A stretch of 64,000 bases of DNA from the NCBI GenBank assembly GCA_963704165.1, contig CAVPHD010000004.1:544001-608000 (forward strand), read 5' to 3'. The notes under the pieces are model-generated. The model was not told the DNA's origin. It was given only the letters and a program-made list of their open reading frames with translations, and did no database searches. Numbering within the stretch: the first letter of the stretch is position 1; each line of letters begins with the position of its first letter. Position numbers and translations under genes: made by a program. Source of the DNA: an uncultured delta proteobacterium. Lineage in GTDB: Bacteria; Myxococcota_A; UBA9160; SZUA-336. Of the stretch, positions 31,409 to 40,946 are shown one piece after another.

Positions 31409-32173
31409 GTGGGTGATCTCTCGGAGTTCTCGCTGCCGGTACGGCTCTTCCTCAAGGCCTACCGCTGGCGCGTCGTCGACCCGGTTCCCTGGGCTCCGCT
31501 TCGTGTTCCTCTTGCCCGTGCGCGACTGGCGCTCGTCTCGAGCGCGGGTTTCGTGATGCCGGGTCAAGCGCATTTCGACGATTCGGCGCGCGGCGGCGAT
31601 GCGAGCTACCGCGAGATTCCCTTCGACGCCGATCCCTCCGCGCTCGTCGATACACACCGAAGTGAGTCGTTCGATCACGACGCGATGCGCCGGGATCCGA
31701 ATCTCGCGTTTCCGCTCGAGCGCGTGCGCGAGCTCGCCGGCCGCGGGCGGATCGGCTCGGTGAATCACAGGCACTGGAGCTTCATGGGCAGCATCACCGC
31801 GCCCGGACGCTTCGTCGCGGACACGCTTCCGCGAATGGCGGCGGCCGCGGTCGAGGATGGTGTCGACGTCGCGCTCTTCGTCCCCGTCTGACCCATGTGC
31901 AACCAGGCCGTGTGCCTGGCCGCGGCCGAGTTCGAGCGAAACGGGATCTCGACGGTGAGCCTGGTCCTGCTCCGTCACGTCGCGGAACGCGTGCGACCGC
32001 CTCGCGCGCTCGCCCTGCCGTTCCGGCACGGCTACCCGCTCGACGCGCCGAACGACCCCGCGCGACAGCACGCGGTCCTCGAAGCCGCACTGCGTCTGCT
32101 CGAGACGCCGGCCCCGCACGGTCCGCTTCTCGCCGACCACGATCCCGCTCTTGACCCGGGCGAGCGCGCGTGA
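31409..32173 (+). CDS. Glycine/betaine/sarcosine/D-proline reductase selenoprotein B-like protein, Sec at TGA 31889-31891
   Basis: RLALVSSAG, GDASYREIP, DPNLAFPLER..EL..GRIG, SFMG; in-frame VPV-TGA-PMC (UxxC) continues in the same frame to EFERNGISTVSL..PPRAL..PFRHGYPL. Confidence 0.88.
31903..31919 (+). promoter_or_regulatory. Putative bacterial SECIS hairpin
   Basis: CCAGGC-CGTGT-GCCTGG perfect 6-bp stem with GU-containing loop, starting 11 nt after the UGA. Confidence 0.72.
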
Positions 32174-32805
32174 ACTACGTCGAAGGTCAGGTCGGTGGCA
32201 CGGAGAGCGAGGCGCTGCGGCGCTGGACCGGGCAGTCGAACGCGCCGATCGCGGTCTACGGGGACGAGCCGCCGCGAAGCGGATGGGCCGAGATCCTCGG
32301 GCTCGCGGAGCGACTCGCGCCCGAGCCGGCGCTCGTGCCCACGGATCCCGAGCTGCGCGCGCGCATGTTCGGACTTGCACACGAGATCTGCGGCGAGCTC
32401 GGCTTCGGCTGGCAGCGCCGCCTGATGTTGCTCTCGGCGTTCGATGGAGGGAACGACGCGACCCGCACGCTCGCCCGTCGCTACGGCTTCAGCGAAGCCG
32501 CGGCCGCCGCGGCCCCCGGCCGGACGGCGCAGTCCCTGTTGCTCCTGTCGAAACAGCTGCGGGCGCAGCGCGCCGACGGAAGTCGATACTTCGTCGGCGA
32601 CGGCCTGACCGCACTCGACCTGTACTGGGCTGCGTTCGCGCTATTGGTCGAGCCCCTGCCCGACGATCTGTGCCCGCTCCACCCGCGGCTGCGCGAGGGC
32701 TACGTGTTGCGCGATCCCGCCGTGCGCGCGGCAGCCGACGACATCCTGTTCGAGCACCGCGACTTCATCTACCGGACCCACCTGGCGCTGCCACTCGACT
32801 TCTAG
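32170..32805 (+). CDS. Glutathione S-transferase-like protein
   Basis: WTGQSNAP..GWAEIL..AERL; GST-C N-cap motif YFVGDGLTALDLYWA; GTGA overlap with upstream gene. Confidence 0.72.
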   Translation: MNYVEGQVGGTESEALRRWTGQSNAPIAVYGDEPPRSGWAEILGLAERLAPEPALVPTDPELRARMFGLAHEICGELGFGWQRRLMLLSAFDGGNDATRTLARRYGFSEAAAAAAPGRTAQSLLLLSKQLRAQRADGSRYFVGDGLTALDLYWAAFALLVEPLPDDLCPLHPRLREGYVLRDPAVRAAADDILFEHRDFIYRTHLALPLDF

Positions 32806-33109
32806 GACGGGCCGGCACGCGGATCTTGCGCTTCTCCGGCTCGCGGTTCTGCCGGAACAGGATGCCAACGTGGCCGACCACGCCGACGACCTCGGCGAGG
32901 AGCTTCTCGGCCACCTCGGCCAGGATCACCCGCTTCTCGTCCTTCCAGTCACCGAAGCGCACCTTGATCAGCTCGTGCGCGAGGAGCTCCTGGTCGGTCT
33001 TCGCAAGCACGGCCTTGGTGAGACCCTCCTTGCCGATCATCACGACCGGACGCAGCGGGTGCGCGAGCGACCGCAGATGGCGGCGCTGAAACCCCTCCAG
33101 TTCGTTCAT
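32765..33109 (-). CDS. yhbY: YhbY/CRM RNA-binding protein
   Basis: QRRHLRSLAHPLRPVVMIGKEGLT, AHELIKVRF, VVGHVGILFR. Confidence 0.92.
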   Translation of the reverse strand: MNELEGFQRRHLRSLAHPLRPVVMIGKEGLTKAVLAKTDQELLAHELIKVRFGDWKDEKRVILAEVAEKLLAEVVGVVGHVGILFRQNREPEKRKIRVPARPRSRVAAPGGSGR

Positions 33110-33166
33110 GCGCATCTCCCCGGGGCGAATTCGGTCGCAGACCCTATCATGCGCCCGGAGCCGAGT

Positions 33167-33916
33167 ATGTACCGAGACAAGAGAGTCGTGGTCGTCATGC
33201 CCGCGTACAACGCGGCGCGAACGCTGCGTCGCACCTGGGACGAGGTGATGGCGCAGGGGATCGTCGACGAGCTGGTCGTCGTCGATGACGCGAGCACCGA
33301 CGAGACCGCGGAAATCGCCGCGACGCTGCCCTCGACCCGGTTGATCGTGCACGCGAAGAACAGCGGGTACGGCGCCAATCAGAAGACCTGCTACCGGGCG
33401 GCGCTCGACGCCGGTGCGGACGTGGTCGTGATGGTGCACCCGGACTACCAGTACACGCCGAAGCTCCTGCCTTCGATGGTGGCGCTGGTGGCCGGCGACG
33501 TCTATCCGTGCGTGCTCGGCTCGCGCATCCTCGGCGGCGGGGCGCTTCGCGGTGGAATGCCGGTCTGGAAGTACGTCTCGAACCGCGTGCTGACGCTGAC
33601 CGAGAACTGGCTGCTGGGCTCGAAGCTTTCGGAGTTCCACACCGGGTACCGCGCGTTCTCGGCCGAGCTCCTGCGCGAGCTGCCACTCGACGAGAATTCC
33701 GACGACTTCCTCTTCGACAACCAGATGCTCGCCGAGATCCTCTGGCGCGGTTCCGAGATCGCCGAGATCACCTGTCCCACGCTCTACTTTCCCGAGGCGT
33801 CGTCGATCAACTTCTCGCGCAGCGTGCGCTACGGGCTCGGCTGCCTCGCGACCGGGGTCGAGTTCCGGCTGGCGCGCCTGGGACTGCGCGCGTCGAAGCG
33901 TTTTCCCGTCCGCTAG
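33167..33916 (+). CDS. Glycosyltransferase family 2 (DPM synthase-like)
   Basis: VVMPAYNA, VDDASTD, GYGANQK, HPDYQY, HTGYRAF. Confidence 0.93.
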   Translation: MYRDKRVVVVMPAYNAARTLRRTWDEVMAQGIVDELVVVDDASTDETAEIAATLPSTRLIVHAKNSGYGANQKTCYRAALDAGADVVVMVHPDYQYTPKLLPSMVALVAGDVYPCVLGSRILGGGALRGGMPVWKYVSNRVLTLTENWLLGSKLSEFHTGYRAFSAELLRELPLDENSDDFLFDNQMLAEILWRGSEIAEITCPTLYFPEASSINFSRSVRYGLGCLATGVEFRLARLGLRASKRFPVR

Positions 33917-33934
33917 CTCCGCTCCGGGATCGGA

Positions 33935-34870
33935 TCAGCGCCTGGCGCTCGGCACGGCGCGCGCGCGCTCGGCCCCAGCGCTGGGGACCGAGCGGTCCGG
34001 GCTCGCTCCCGCCACGATCCACCAGAGCGCGACCGCGAGCGCGAGGGCCGCGGCCTTTTCCAGTCGGTGTCCGCGGAGAACCGAGCCCAGGCTCGGACGC
34101 GAGCTGCGCAGCGCGCGTCGCTCGCGGTAGAAGGCGGCGATCACGCGCCCGAGGTCGTCCGCGCCTTCGACCGGGTGCAGGAGTCCGTGGCGCGCGGCGG
34201 AAATGGTGCCGCGCTCCTCGGAGACGACGAGGCAGAGCGCGTCGGTGCGCTCCGACAGACCGATCGCGGCGCTGTGTCGCGTCCCCATTCCGTGAGGCAG
34301 CGTCGCTCCGCGCGCGAGCGGAAGGTGCGCTCCGAAGCGCGAGACGTCGCGGTCGGAGATCACGACCGCGCCGTCGTGTCCGGGCGAGTGCGGGTCGAAG
34401 ATGCTCTCGAGCAGCGCCGTCGAGACGCGCCCGCCGAGCTCCTCGCCCCCGGTCAGGTGACGGTCGAGCTTCTGCATCCCGGCGAGCACGACGAGCGCCC
34501 CGTTCTTCTCTCGGGCCAGCCGCGTCAGCGCGCGCGCGAGCACCTCGGCGGCGTCCATGCGGGGGCGGTGGTCCTCGCGGCGACCCATCGCCATCGCCGC
34601 GAGCTCCTCGAACCCCTGACGCAGCTCTTCCTGGAAGATCACCACCAGCACCAGCGCCGCGGCGGCGAAGAAGCCGTGGAAGACCCAGGTCGTGAGCTGC
34701 AGGTCGAAGAGCCGCGCGCCCAGGTACACCAGACCCAGTAGGGCCATTCCGAGCGCGACGAGCGCGGCCTGCGAGCGGCGCAGCCAGGTGATTCCGGCGT
34801 AGAGCAGCACCGCGACGATACCGACGTCGAACGCGTCCGAGATCCCGAACTCGCGAAACGCATCGACCAT
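33935..34870 (-). CDS. cdaA: Diadenylate cyclase (CdaA/DacA-like) with an extra C-terminal TM helix
   Basis: Three N-terminal TM segments, VIFQEELR, catalytic HDGA and TRHS(AA) motifs, VSEERG. Confidence 0.88.
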   Translation of the reverse strand: MVDAFREFGISDAFDVGIVAVLLYAGITWLRRSQAALVALGMALLGLVYLGARLFDLQLTTWVFHGFFAAAALVLVVIFQEELRQGFEELAAMAMGRREDHRPRMDAAEVLARALTRLAREKNGALVVLAGMQKLDRHLTGGEELGGRVSTALLESIFDPHSPGHDGAVVISDRDVSRFGAHLPLARGATLPHGMGTRHSAAIGLSERTDALCLVVSEERGTISAARHGLLHPVEGADDLGRVIAAFYRERRALRSSRPSLGSVLRGHRLEKAAALALAVALWWIVAGASPDRSVPSAGAERARAVPSARR

Positions 34871-34992
34871 CGCCCCTCACGCGCGATCGCCCGGTCGGCT
34901 CCGGGGATCCGAAACGCGGGGGGTCGAGCGACCTTACCGAAATCCGAGCTCGAGCTGTAGTCTCCGACGGCGCAAACGCGCACCGAGCCGAA

Positions 34993-35853
34993 ATGCCCGA
35001 GCCGCCCGCCACCATCCGTGAGCTCTGCCTCGAGATCCTCGGCAAGGGGGAACTCGAGGCGAAGCTCGCCTCGATCGCGGGAACCGACGGGCGCCCGCTG
35101 CCGGACCGCGAGCCCGGACCGGCTCTCGTCTTCGAGCGGCCGGTGCGTGCGCCGGGGCTCGAGATGCGGTCCGGTGTAGAGCGGCTTCCACGTCCGGCGG
35201 AGCTCGGCGATCCCAGGGCGCGGATCGCCTGTCTGCGCCGCTTCGCGCACCACGAGCTGATGGCCGTGGAGCTCTTCGCGTGGGCGCTGCTGCTCTGGCC
35301 CGATGCACCCGCGGGGCTGCGTCGTGGCTGGCTCGTGGCGCTCGGAGACGAGCAGCGACACTGCCGGATGTACCTCGAACGGCTGCGCGCCCACGGCGCG
35401 GAGCTCGGCGACGAGCCGCTCTCCGACTACTTCTGGAAGCACGCGACGGCGATCCGCACGCACGCTCGCGGACCCGCGGCGTTTCTCGCCGCGATCGGAC
35501 TCACGCTCGAGCAGGCGAGTCTCGACTTCACGCTGATCTACGCCGAGGCTTTCCGGAGCGGTGGCGACGAGGCCAGCGCGCGTGTCAGCGAGATCGTTCA
35601 CGCCGAGGAGCGGCGCCACGTGCGGCTCGCGGTCGAGTGGCTCGCGCGGCTCGCACCGGCGGGCGAGGACGACGTCACGGCGTATCGGGCATCGGTGCCG
35701 TTTCCGCTCGAGGCCGCGCGCGCAAAGGGAAGGGTCTTCAACGCCGAAGCGCGTCGAGCCTCCGGACTCTCCGAGGCGCTGATCGAGTACGTGCGCACCG
35801 CGCGCCCGGCCTCGCAGCTACGACGGCCGGAAAAGGCGGACCCGCGGACGTGA
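34993..35853 (+). CDS. DUF455-like ferritin-fold diiron protein
   Basis: FAHHELMAVEL, DEQRH, LEQASLD, EERRH (two E...ExxH motifs). Confidence 0.85.
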   Translation: MPEPPATIRELCLEILGKGELEAKLASIAGTDGRPLPDREPGPALVFERPVRAPGLEMRSGVERLPRPAELGDPRARIACLRRFAHHELMAVELFAWALLLWPDAPAGLRRGWLVALGDEQRHCRMYLERLRAHGAELGDEPLSDYFWKHATAIRTHARGPAAFLAAIGLTLEQASLDFTLIYAEAFRSGGDEASARVSEIVHAEERRHVRLAVEWLARLAPAGEDDVTAYRASVPFPLEAARAKGRVFNAEARRASGLSEALIEYVRTARPASQLRRPEKADPRT

Positions 35854-37028
35854 GCGGCGTGACGCGGCTGTTCGCGAATCTCGGTGCGGAGGAGCCGGAC
35901 GCGTGGCTCGGCATGAGCGGGCACCCGCGCGTGCGCACGGCCGCGCGTCTCTGGGCTTCGCTCTTTCCCGCGAGCGCGACGCCTTGCGGACCGGGTGCCT
36001 CGTCGGCGCCGCGGCTCGCCGGCGCGCTCGCGCGAGATGGCGAGCTTCCCGCGTTTCCGTTCTGCGCGCCCGGCGAGGTCCTCGTGCCCTGGCTCGCGAC
36101 GGACGAGGCCGAGCTTCTCGCGCGGAGCGAGGGCGTTCCGTTCGCCGCGGCGCCGGCCGCGATCGTCCGACGTGTGCACGACAAGGCGTTCGCGCATCGC
36201 GTGGCCCGGGCGTCGGCGCTCGTCCCTTCCGCGCTCGAAGCCGCCGCGCTCGTGTTCGAGCCGGGAGAGCTCGTCGATGCCGACGCCGTTCGGTGTCGGA
36301 TCGAGGCGGAGCTCGCGAGCTGGCCGCTCGCGCTGCGCGCGCGCTTCGTGGTCAAGCCGCGGCTCGGGACGAGCGGCCGTGGCCGGATCGACGGCGCTTC
36401 GGGACGGATCGACGCGACGCGGCTCGCCGGGGCGCTCGAACGCCTGCGCGCGTGCGGCGGCGCGCTCGTCGAGCCCTGGCTCGAGCGCACGCTCGATCTC
36501 TCGGCACAGCTCTTCGTCGCGGGTCCGGACGACGTCCGCGTGCTCGGCACGCTGCGTCAGGTCCTGACCCGGAACGGCGGGCCGACCGGACACGCGGGCC
36601 GGATCGATCGCGCGGGCCGGGTCGATTCGGGAACGACGTGGGACGCCCCGTTGCGTGCGGCTGCGTGCGTGCTCGGGGCCGAGGCCGCGCGCGCGGGCTT
36701 CACCGGGGCGTGCGGCCTCGACGCGTTCGTCTTTCGAGCCGAGGACGGGTCGGAGATCCTGCGCCCGGTCGTCGAGCTGAACGCGCGCTACACGATGGGC
36801 ACCGTCGCGATCGGCCTCGTGACGCGTGCATTTCGCGCCGGGCTCGTGCACGGCGAGGCTGCCTTCTACCTCGGCTTTCCACCGGAAGCCAGAGAGTGGC
36901 CAGTCGATGCGGGGCACCGCGTCGCGTCGTGGCCGCTGCTCGACGACGATCCCGCCGCGCGTCTGTGTCTCGCCGCAGACGAGCGCGCCCTCGCCGAAGT
37001 GCTGCCACCCGCACGGAGGACTGCATGA
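35850..37028 (+). CDS. ATP-grasp fold protein
   Basis: HDKAF, VVKPRLGTSGRG, VEPWLER..DLS, GACGLDAF, VELNARYTMG; GTGA overlap with upstream stop. Confidence 0.8.
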   Translation: MSGVTRLFANLGAEEPDAWLGMSGHPRVRTAARLWASLFPASATPCGPGASSAPRLAGALARDGELPAFPFCAPGEVLVPWLATDEAELLARSEGVPFAAAPAAIVRRVHDKAFAHRVARASALVPSALEAAALVFEPGELVDADAVRCRIEAELASWPLALRARFVVKPRLGTSGRGRIDGASGRIDATRLAGALERLRACGGALVEPWLERTLDLSAQLFVAGPDDVRVLGTLRQVLTRNGGPTGHAGRIDRAGRVDSGTTWDAPLRAAACVLGAEAARAGFTGACGLDAFVFRAEDGSEILRPVVELNARYTMGTVAIGLVTRAFRAGLVHGEAAFYLGFPPEAREWPVDAGHRVASWPLLDDDPAARLCLAADERALAEVLPPARRTA

Positions 37029-37465
37029 ATCCCGCGACCGTCTTCTCGATCGTGAACCTGCTTCCGCTGCCCGTCTGGTTGATCTGGCTGGTCGCGCCGC
37101 GCGCCCGCGCGTCGAGGTTGCTCGTCGAGTCCCTCTGGCCGTGGCGGATTCTCGCCGCGCTGTATCTGATCTTCCTCTGTGTTCTGTTCGCCGGCGCGGG
37201 CGCGGCGGACGCAAGCGCCGCGTCGCCCGACTTCAACAGCCTCGCGGGCGTGATGGCGCTCTTCGACGACGAGTGGGGCGCGCTCGCCGGCTGGGTTCAC
37301 TACCTGTGCTTCGATCTCTTCGTCGCGCGCTGGATCATGGGCGACGCACCGAACGGCGGCTACCGGCTGGCACCGGTCCTGTTCCTCACGTTGATGCTCG
37401 GGCCGGTCGGTCTGCTTCTCTACACGTCCGCGCGCGGGTACTTCCGCGGCACGGCCGCGGCCTGA
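37025..37465 (+). CDS. ABA4-like / DUF4281 membrane protein
   Basis: WLIWLVAP, SLAGVMALF, GWVHYLCFDLFVARW, LTLMLGPVGLLLY; ATGA overlap. Confidence 0.85.
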   Translation: MNPATVFSIVNLLPLPVWLIWLVAPRARASRLLVESLWPWRILAALYLIFLCVLFAGAGAADASAASPDFNSLAGVMALFDDEWGALAGWVHYLCFDLFVARWIMGDAPNGGYRLAPVLFLTLMLGPVGLLLYTSARGYFRGTAAA

Positions 37466-37471
37466 CGCGGA

Positions 37472-38056
37472 TCAGACCTCGACGATCGGGTCGTCGCGGT
37501 CGTCGTACTCGAGCCGCAGCGCGCGCGAGATCGTCGCGTGCAGATCGTACGTGCAGGTGATGTAGGTGAGCTCGAGCACCTGCTCGTCGGAAAGCCCCGC
37601 GCGCAGCGCCGCGAAGGTCTCGTCGGGAACGCGCCCGCCCTGCAGCACGAGGCCGTCGGTGTAGGCGAGCACCGCGCGCTCGAGCGGGGAGTACGCCTCC
37701 GAGGTCTGCCAGGCGGGGATCGCCGCGATCTGCGCTTCGGGCATGTCGAGCGCACGCGCGGCCTTGCAGTGCTGCGAGTAGACGAACTGACTGCCGCGCG
37801 CGAAGCCCGCGCGCATCATCGCGAGCTCGCGGAGCTTCGGATCGATCTTGCGCTCTGCGCTCCGGTACAACGCGAAGCCCGCGACGGCGTGGTCGAAGAC
37901 GTCGGGCACGAGTGCGTAGACGGTCCACCAGTTCCCCGGCGTGCCCGTCGCGGTGCCCGGTTCGGCGACCGGATCGCGCGCACCGAAGAGCAGGTCGTAG
38001 ATCCGCAGCACCGACGGTGTGGCTTCTGCGCGTGAAACCTGGCGAAGACGCGGCAT
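37472..38056 (-). CDS. Carboxymuconolactone decarboxylase / AhpD-like protein
   Basis: DPKLRELAMMRAG..SQFVYSQH, ERAVLAYTD, LSDEQVLEL. Confidence 0.85.
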   Translation of the reverse strand: MPRLRQVSRAEATPSVLRIYDLLFGARDPVAEPGTATGTPGNWWTVYALVPDVFDHAVAGFALYRSAERKIDPKLRELAMMRAGFARGSQFVYSQHCKAARALDMPEAQIAAIPAWQTSEAYSPLERAVLAYTDGLVLQGGRVPDETFAALRAGLSDEQVLELTYITCTYDLHATISRALRLEYDDRDDPIVEV

Positions 38057-38094
38057 CGTGATCCTCCCGCCCCGTCCGTGGAGCGGGCACCATC

Positions 38095-38820
38095 TTAGCG
38101 CGTGCGGTGTCTCCGATAGAGCTCGCAGCTCACCGCGATCTCGGCCTTCGCGCCCACGGTGCGCGCGATCGGCCCCGCGATCGTCAACCGGTCGAGCGCC
38201 GGCTTGGTCGCTCCGGTCGCGCGGGTCATCTCCTCGACGCTCGCGTTCCCGACCCGTGCGAGCCAGTCCCAGAGCGGCCCGAGCTCGGGGTGAGCGAACT
38301 CGCGATCGATGCGCTCGAAGATCGGCTTGCAAGCCTCGGCGACGCGCGCCTCGAGGACCTCGGGCACGCGCGTGTAGCGGAATGCTTCGAGCCAGGCCGC
38401 GAACACGTACGCGTGACCGCCACTGTTGCGGACCGCGAGCTCGAACTCGCTCTCCGCGAGCAGGTAGCCGGACGCAGCGGTCCAGGCGCGCAGGTCGCGG
38501 CGAAAGAGCGGCACGAGAGGCACGCGCTGGACCTTCCGACCGTCGATCTCGCGCAGACCGCGGGCGCGCACGAGTGCGCGGTGAAGCGCGATCCCCCCCG
38601 AACGCAGGCAGACCGCGCCGGGCGCCTCGCGCACCTGATCGTCGTCGTCGCCGTGCTCGTGTACCACGACGTCGATGCCGCCCTCGCGCAGGCGGGTGGC
38701 TGCCGCCTCGATGAGCGTCGTCTTTCCGGTGCCCGGTCCGCCGAAGACGACCGGCGCGCTTCCGCGCAGCGCTCCGTCGACGACGCGCCGCAGCACACCC
38801 TCGCGCGCAAGCCAGCTCAT
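38095..38820 (-). CDS. Small P-loop NTPase (AAA/STAND-like) protein
   Basis: Walker A GGPGTGKTT; SGGHAY resembles the GGxP motif; Walker B unclear. Confidence 0.7.
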   Translation of the reverse strand: MSWLAREGVLRRVVDGALRGSAPVVFGGPGTGKTTLIEAAATRLREGGIDVVVHEHGDDDDQVREAPGAVCLRSGGIALHRALVRARGLREIDGRKVQRVPLVPLFRRDLRAWTAASGYLLAESEFELAVRNSGGHAYVFAAWLEAFRYTRVPEVLEARVAEACKPIFERIDREFAHPELGPLWDWLARVGNASVEEMTRATGATKPALDRLTIAGPIARTVGAKAEIAVSCELYRRHRTR

Positions 38821-38833
38821 CCCGGAGAACTCC

Positions 38834-39613
38834 TCACGCCATCACCTGTCCGCCATTCACGTCGAGCGACTGCCCGGTGATGGCGCGAGAGAGATCCGAC
38901 GCGAAGAAGAGCACCGCGCCGGAGATCTCGTCCGAGTCGGGAATTCGGCCGAGCGCGATCTTCTGCGCGACCTCGTCGTAGATCAGCTTCGGATCGACGC
39001 CGCGTTGCTTCGCCTGCAGGGAGAAGAAGCCCTCGAGCGTCGCGCCCCAGATGTAGCCGGGCAGGACCGAGTTCACCCGGATCTGGTATCGGCCGAGCTC
39101 GCGCGCGATTCCCTGCGTCGCGGCGAGCAGCGCAGCCTTCGACGCCGCGTAGCTCGCCATCGTCGGCAGCACGTCGCGCACGATCATCGAGTTGACCATC
39201 ACGACCGAGCCACCGCCCTGACGCTTCATCAGCGGCACGACTTGCTGCGTGAGCCCGAGCGAGCCGAGCACGTTGGTCTCGAGCGGCGCGCGCCACTTCT
39301 GAAGATCGGATTTCTCGAAGAGCTGGTAGTGGCCGGGGTGGTACGCGTTGTTCACCAGCACGTCCACGCGGCCGAACTCCGCCTCGGCGCGCGCGACCAG
39401 ATTCGCGCAATCGTCCGGCTTCGCGATGTCGGTCGGAACTTCCAGCGCGCGCCGTCCGAGCGCGCGGACCTCCGCGGCCACGGATTCGAGATTGGCCGGC
39501 GTGCGCGCGGCGAGCACGAGATCGCAGCCCTCCCGCGCGAAGAGCAGCGCGATCCCGCGACCCATGCCGGGCCCGACGCCCGATACGATCGCCACGCGGT
39601 TCTGCAAGAGCAT
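38834..39613 (-). CDS. SDR family oxidoreductase
   Basis: SGVGPGMG, VNNA, YAASK, IRVNSVLPG. Confidence 0.92.
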   Translation of the reverse strand: MLLQNRVAIVSGVGPGMGRGIALLFAREGCDLVLAARTPANLESVAAEVRALGRRALEVPTDIAKPDDCANLVARAEAEFGRVDVLVNNAYHPGHYQLFEKSDLQKWRAPLETNVLGSLGLTQQVVPLMKRQGGGSVVMVNSMIVRDVLPTMASYAASKAALLAATQGIARELGRYQIRVNSVLPGYIWGATLEGFFSLQAKQRGVDPKLIYDEVAQKIALGRIPDSDEISGAVLFFASDLSRAITGQSLDVNGGQVMA

Positions 39614-39653
39614 TTCGTTTCTCCGTGTCGTCCCTTCTACCGCATCCGCGCGA

Positions 39654-40946
39654 TCACGTCGTCGGCGCGACCCGGCCCCGTCCGAACGCGACCTCGAGCA
39701 CCGAGTCCTCGCCGGGCACGCCGATGCGCAGGGGAAATCCGTAGAAGCCGGTGCCGCGGTGCACGTAGAGTCGGTTGCGCCCGTGCGCGAAGAAGCCGTG
39801 ATCGGGCCAGCGCGTGCGCGAGAGCACGGTCCAGTCGAGCCCGAGGGAGACGAGTCCGATCTGGCCGCCGTGCGTGTGACCGGAGAGGGTGAGGTCGGCC
39901 TCGCCGTCGGGAACGAGGGTGAACGCCGAAGGATCGTGCAGGAGCAGAAGTCGCAGGTGGTCGGGGAGCCGCGGGTTTCGCGCGCAGAGCTCCGCGAGGT
40001 GGGCTCCGCGGTCGCGCGAGACCCAGTCCGAGCCGAGGATCTGCACGGGTCCCGCCGACGTCTCGACGCAGGCCTGTGCATCGACGAGCAGTTGCACACC
40101 GACCGCTTCGAGCGCGGAGCGGATCTCTTCGGGTGCCTCGTGATCGTGGTTTCCCAGGCACGCGAAGCTCCGGCCCGCGAACTTCTCGAGTGGGTGCAGC
40201 GCGCGCGCGAGCGAGCCGGGAGAGCCCATGCCCTCCATCGTCAGCAGGTCGCCGGTCACGAGCACGAGGTCGGGATCGGACGCGAGCAATCGTTCCAGCG
40301 TGCGCTGCAGCTTCCCGACCGGCTGCCACGGCCCCAGGTGCGGATCCGCGATCTGCACGATCCGGAGTCCCCGCCGGTCCGACACGTTCCCGTGTCGCCG
40401 CTGCCGCTGAGACCTCGCCCGAACGAACTCGGCGGGCGCGTGGTCGTCGAGCTCGACGCGGACGAGCTCGGCGCGTGATCTCGCGGACGTCACCACGGAG
40501 ACACCCGCGAGCGCGAGGGGAAGCAGGTCGAGCCAACGCAACGCCTCGAGCGGCGCATCGAGTCCGAAGAGCGCGAGCGCCCCACGCACCGGAAGCAGCG
40601 CGAGCAGGTAGACGCCGGACAGGAAGCCGGCCGCGAGGAAGGTCTGTCCGGCCACCGAGACGAGCCAGCGGAACACCGGCGCGCGCAGTCGCGCGTGGAC
40701 GAGCGAGAGCAGGTGAATCCCCGCCGACGCCATGCCCCAGAGAAAGAGCCCGTCGAGCAGCCCGCGCGGAACGGTGCCGAAGAGCTCTCGCAGCCGCGCG
40801 TGCACGAGCACCGCGCCCGGCAGCGACATCGCCAGCACGGCGAAACCGAAGACGGCGTACGCACGGGATCGCACGCGCGCGGCGTGGGCCGGTACACCGA
40901 AGAGGATCAAGAGGGCGAGCGCGGGGAGTACGAGGTCCGGCGTCAA
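39654..40946 (-). CDS. Membrane-anchored metallophosphoesterase (YkuE-like)
   Basis: N-terminal TM helices; [22 protein letters not shown]. Confidence 0.9.
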   Translation of the reverse strand: MTPDLVLPALALLILFGVPAHAARVRSRAYAVFGFAVLAMSLPGAVLVHARLRELFGTVPRGLLDGLFLWGMASAGIHLLSLVHARLRAPVFRWLVSVAGQTFLAAGFLSGVYLLALLPVRGALALFGLDAPLEALRWLDLLPLALAGVSVVTSARSRAELVRVELDDHAPAEFVRARSQRQRRHGNVSDRRGLRIVQIADPHLGPWQPVGKLQRTLERLLASDPDLVLVTGDLLTMEGMGSPGSLARALHPLEKFAGRSFACLGNHDHEAPEEIRSALEAVGVQLLVDAQACVETSAGPVQILGSDWVSRDRGAHLAELCARNPRLPDHLRLLLLHDPSAFTLVPDGEADLTLSGHTHGGQIGLVSLGLDWTVLSRTRWPDHGFFAHGRNRLYVHRGTGFYGFPLRIGVPGEDSVLEVAFGRGRVAPTT

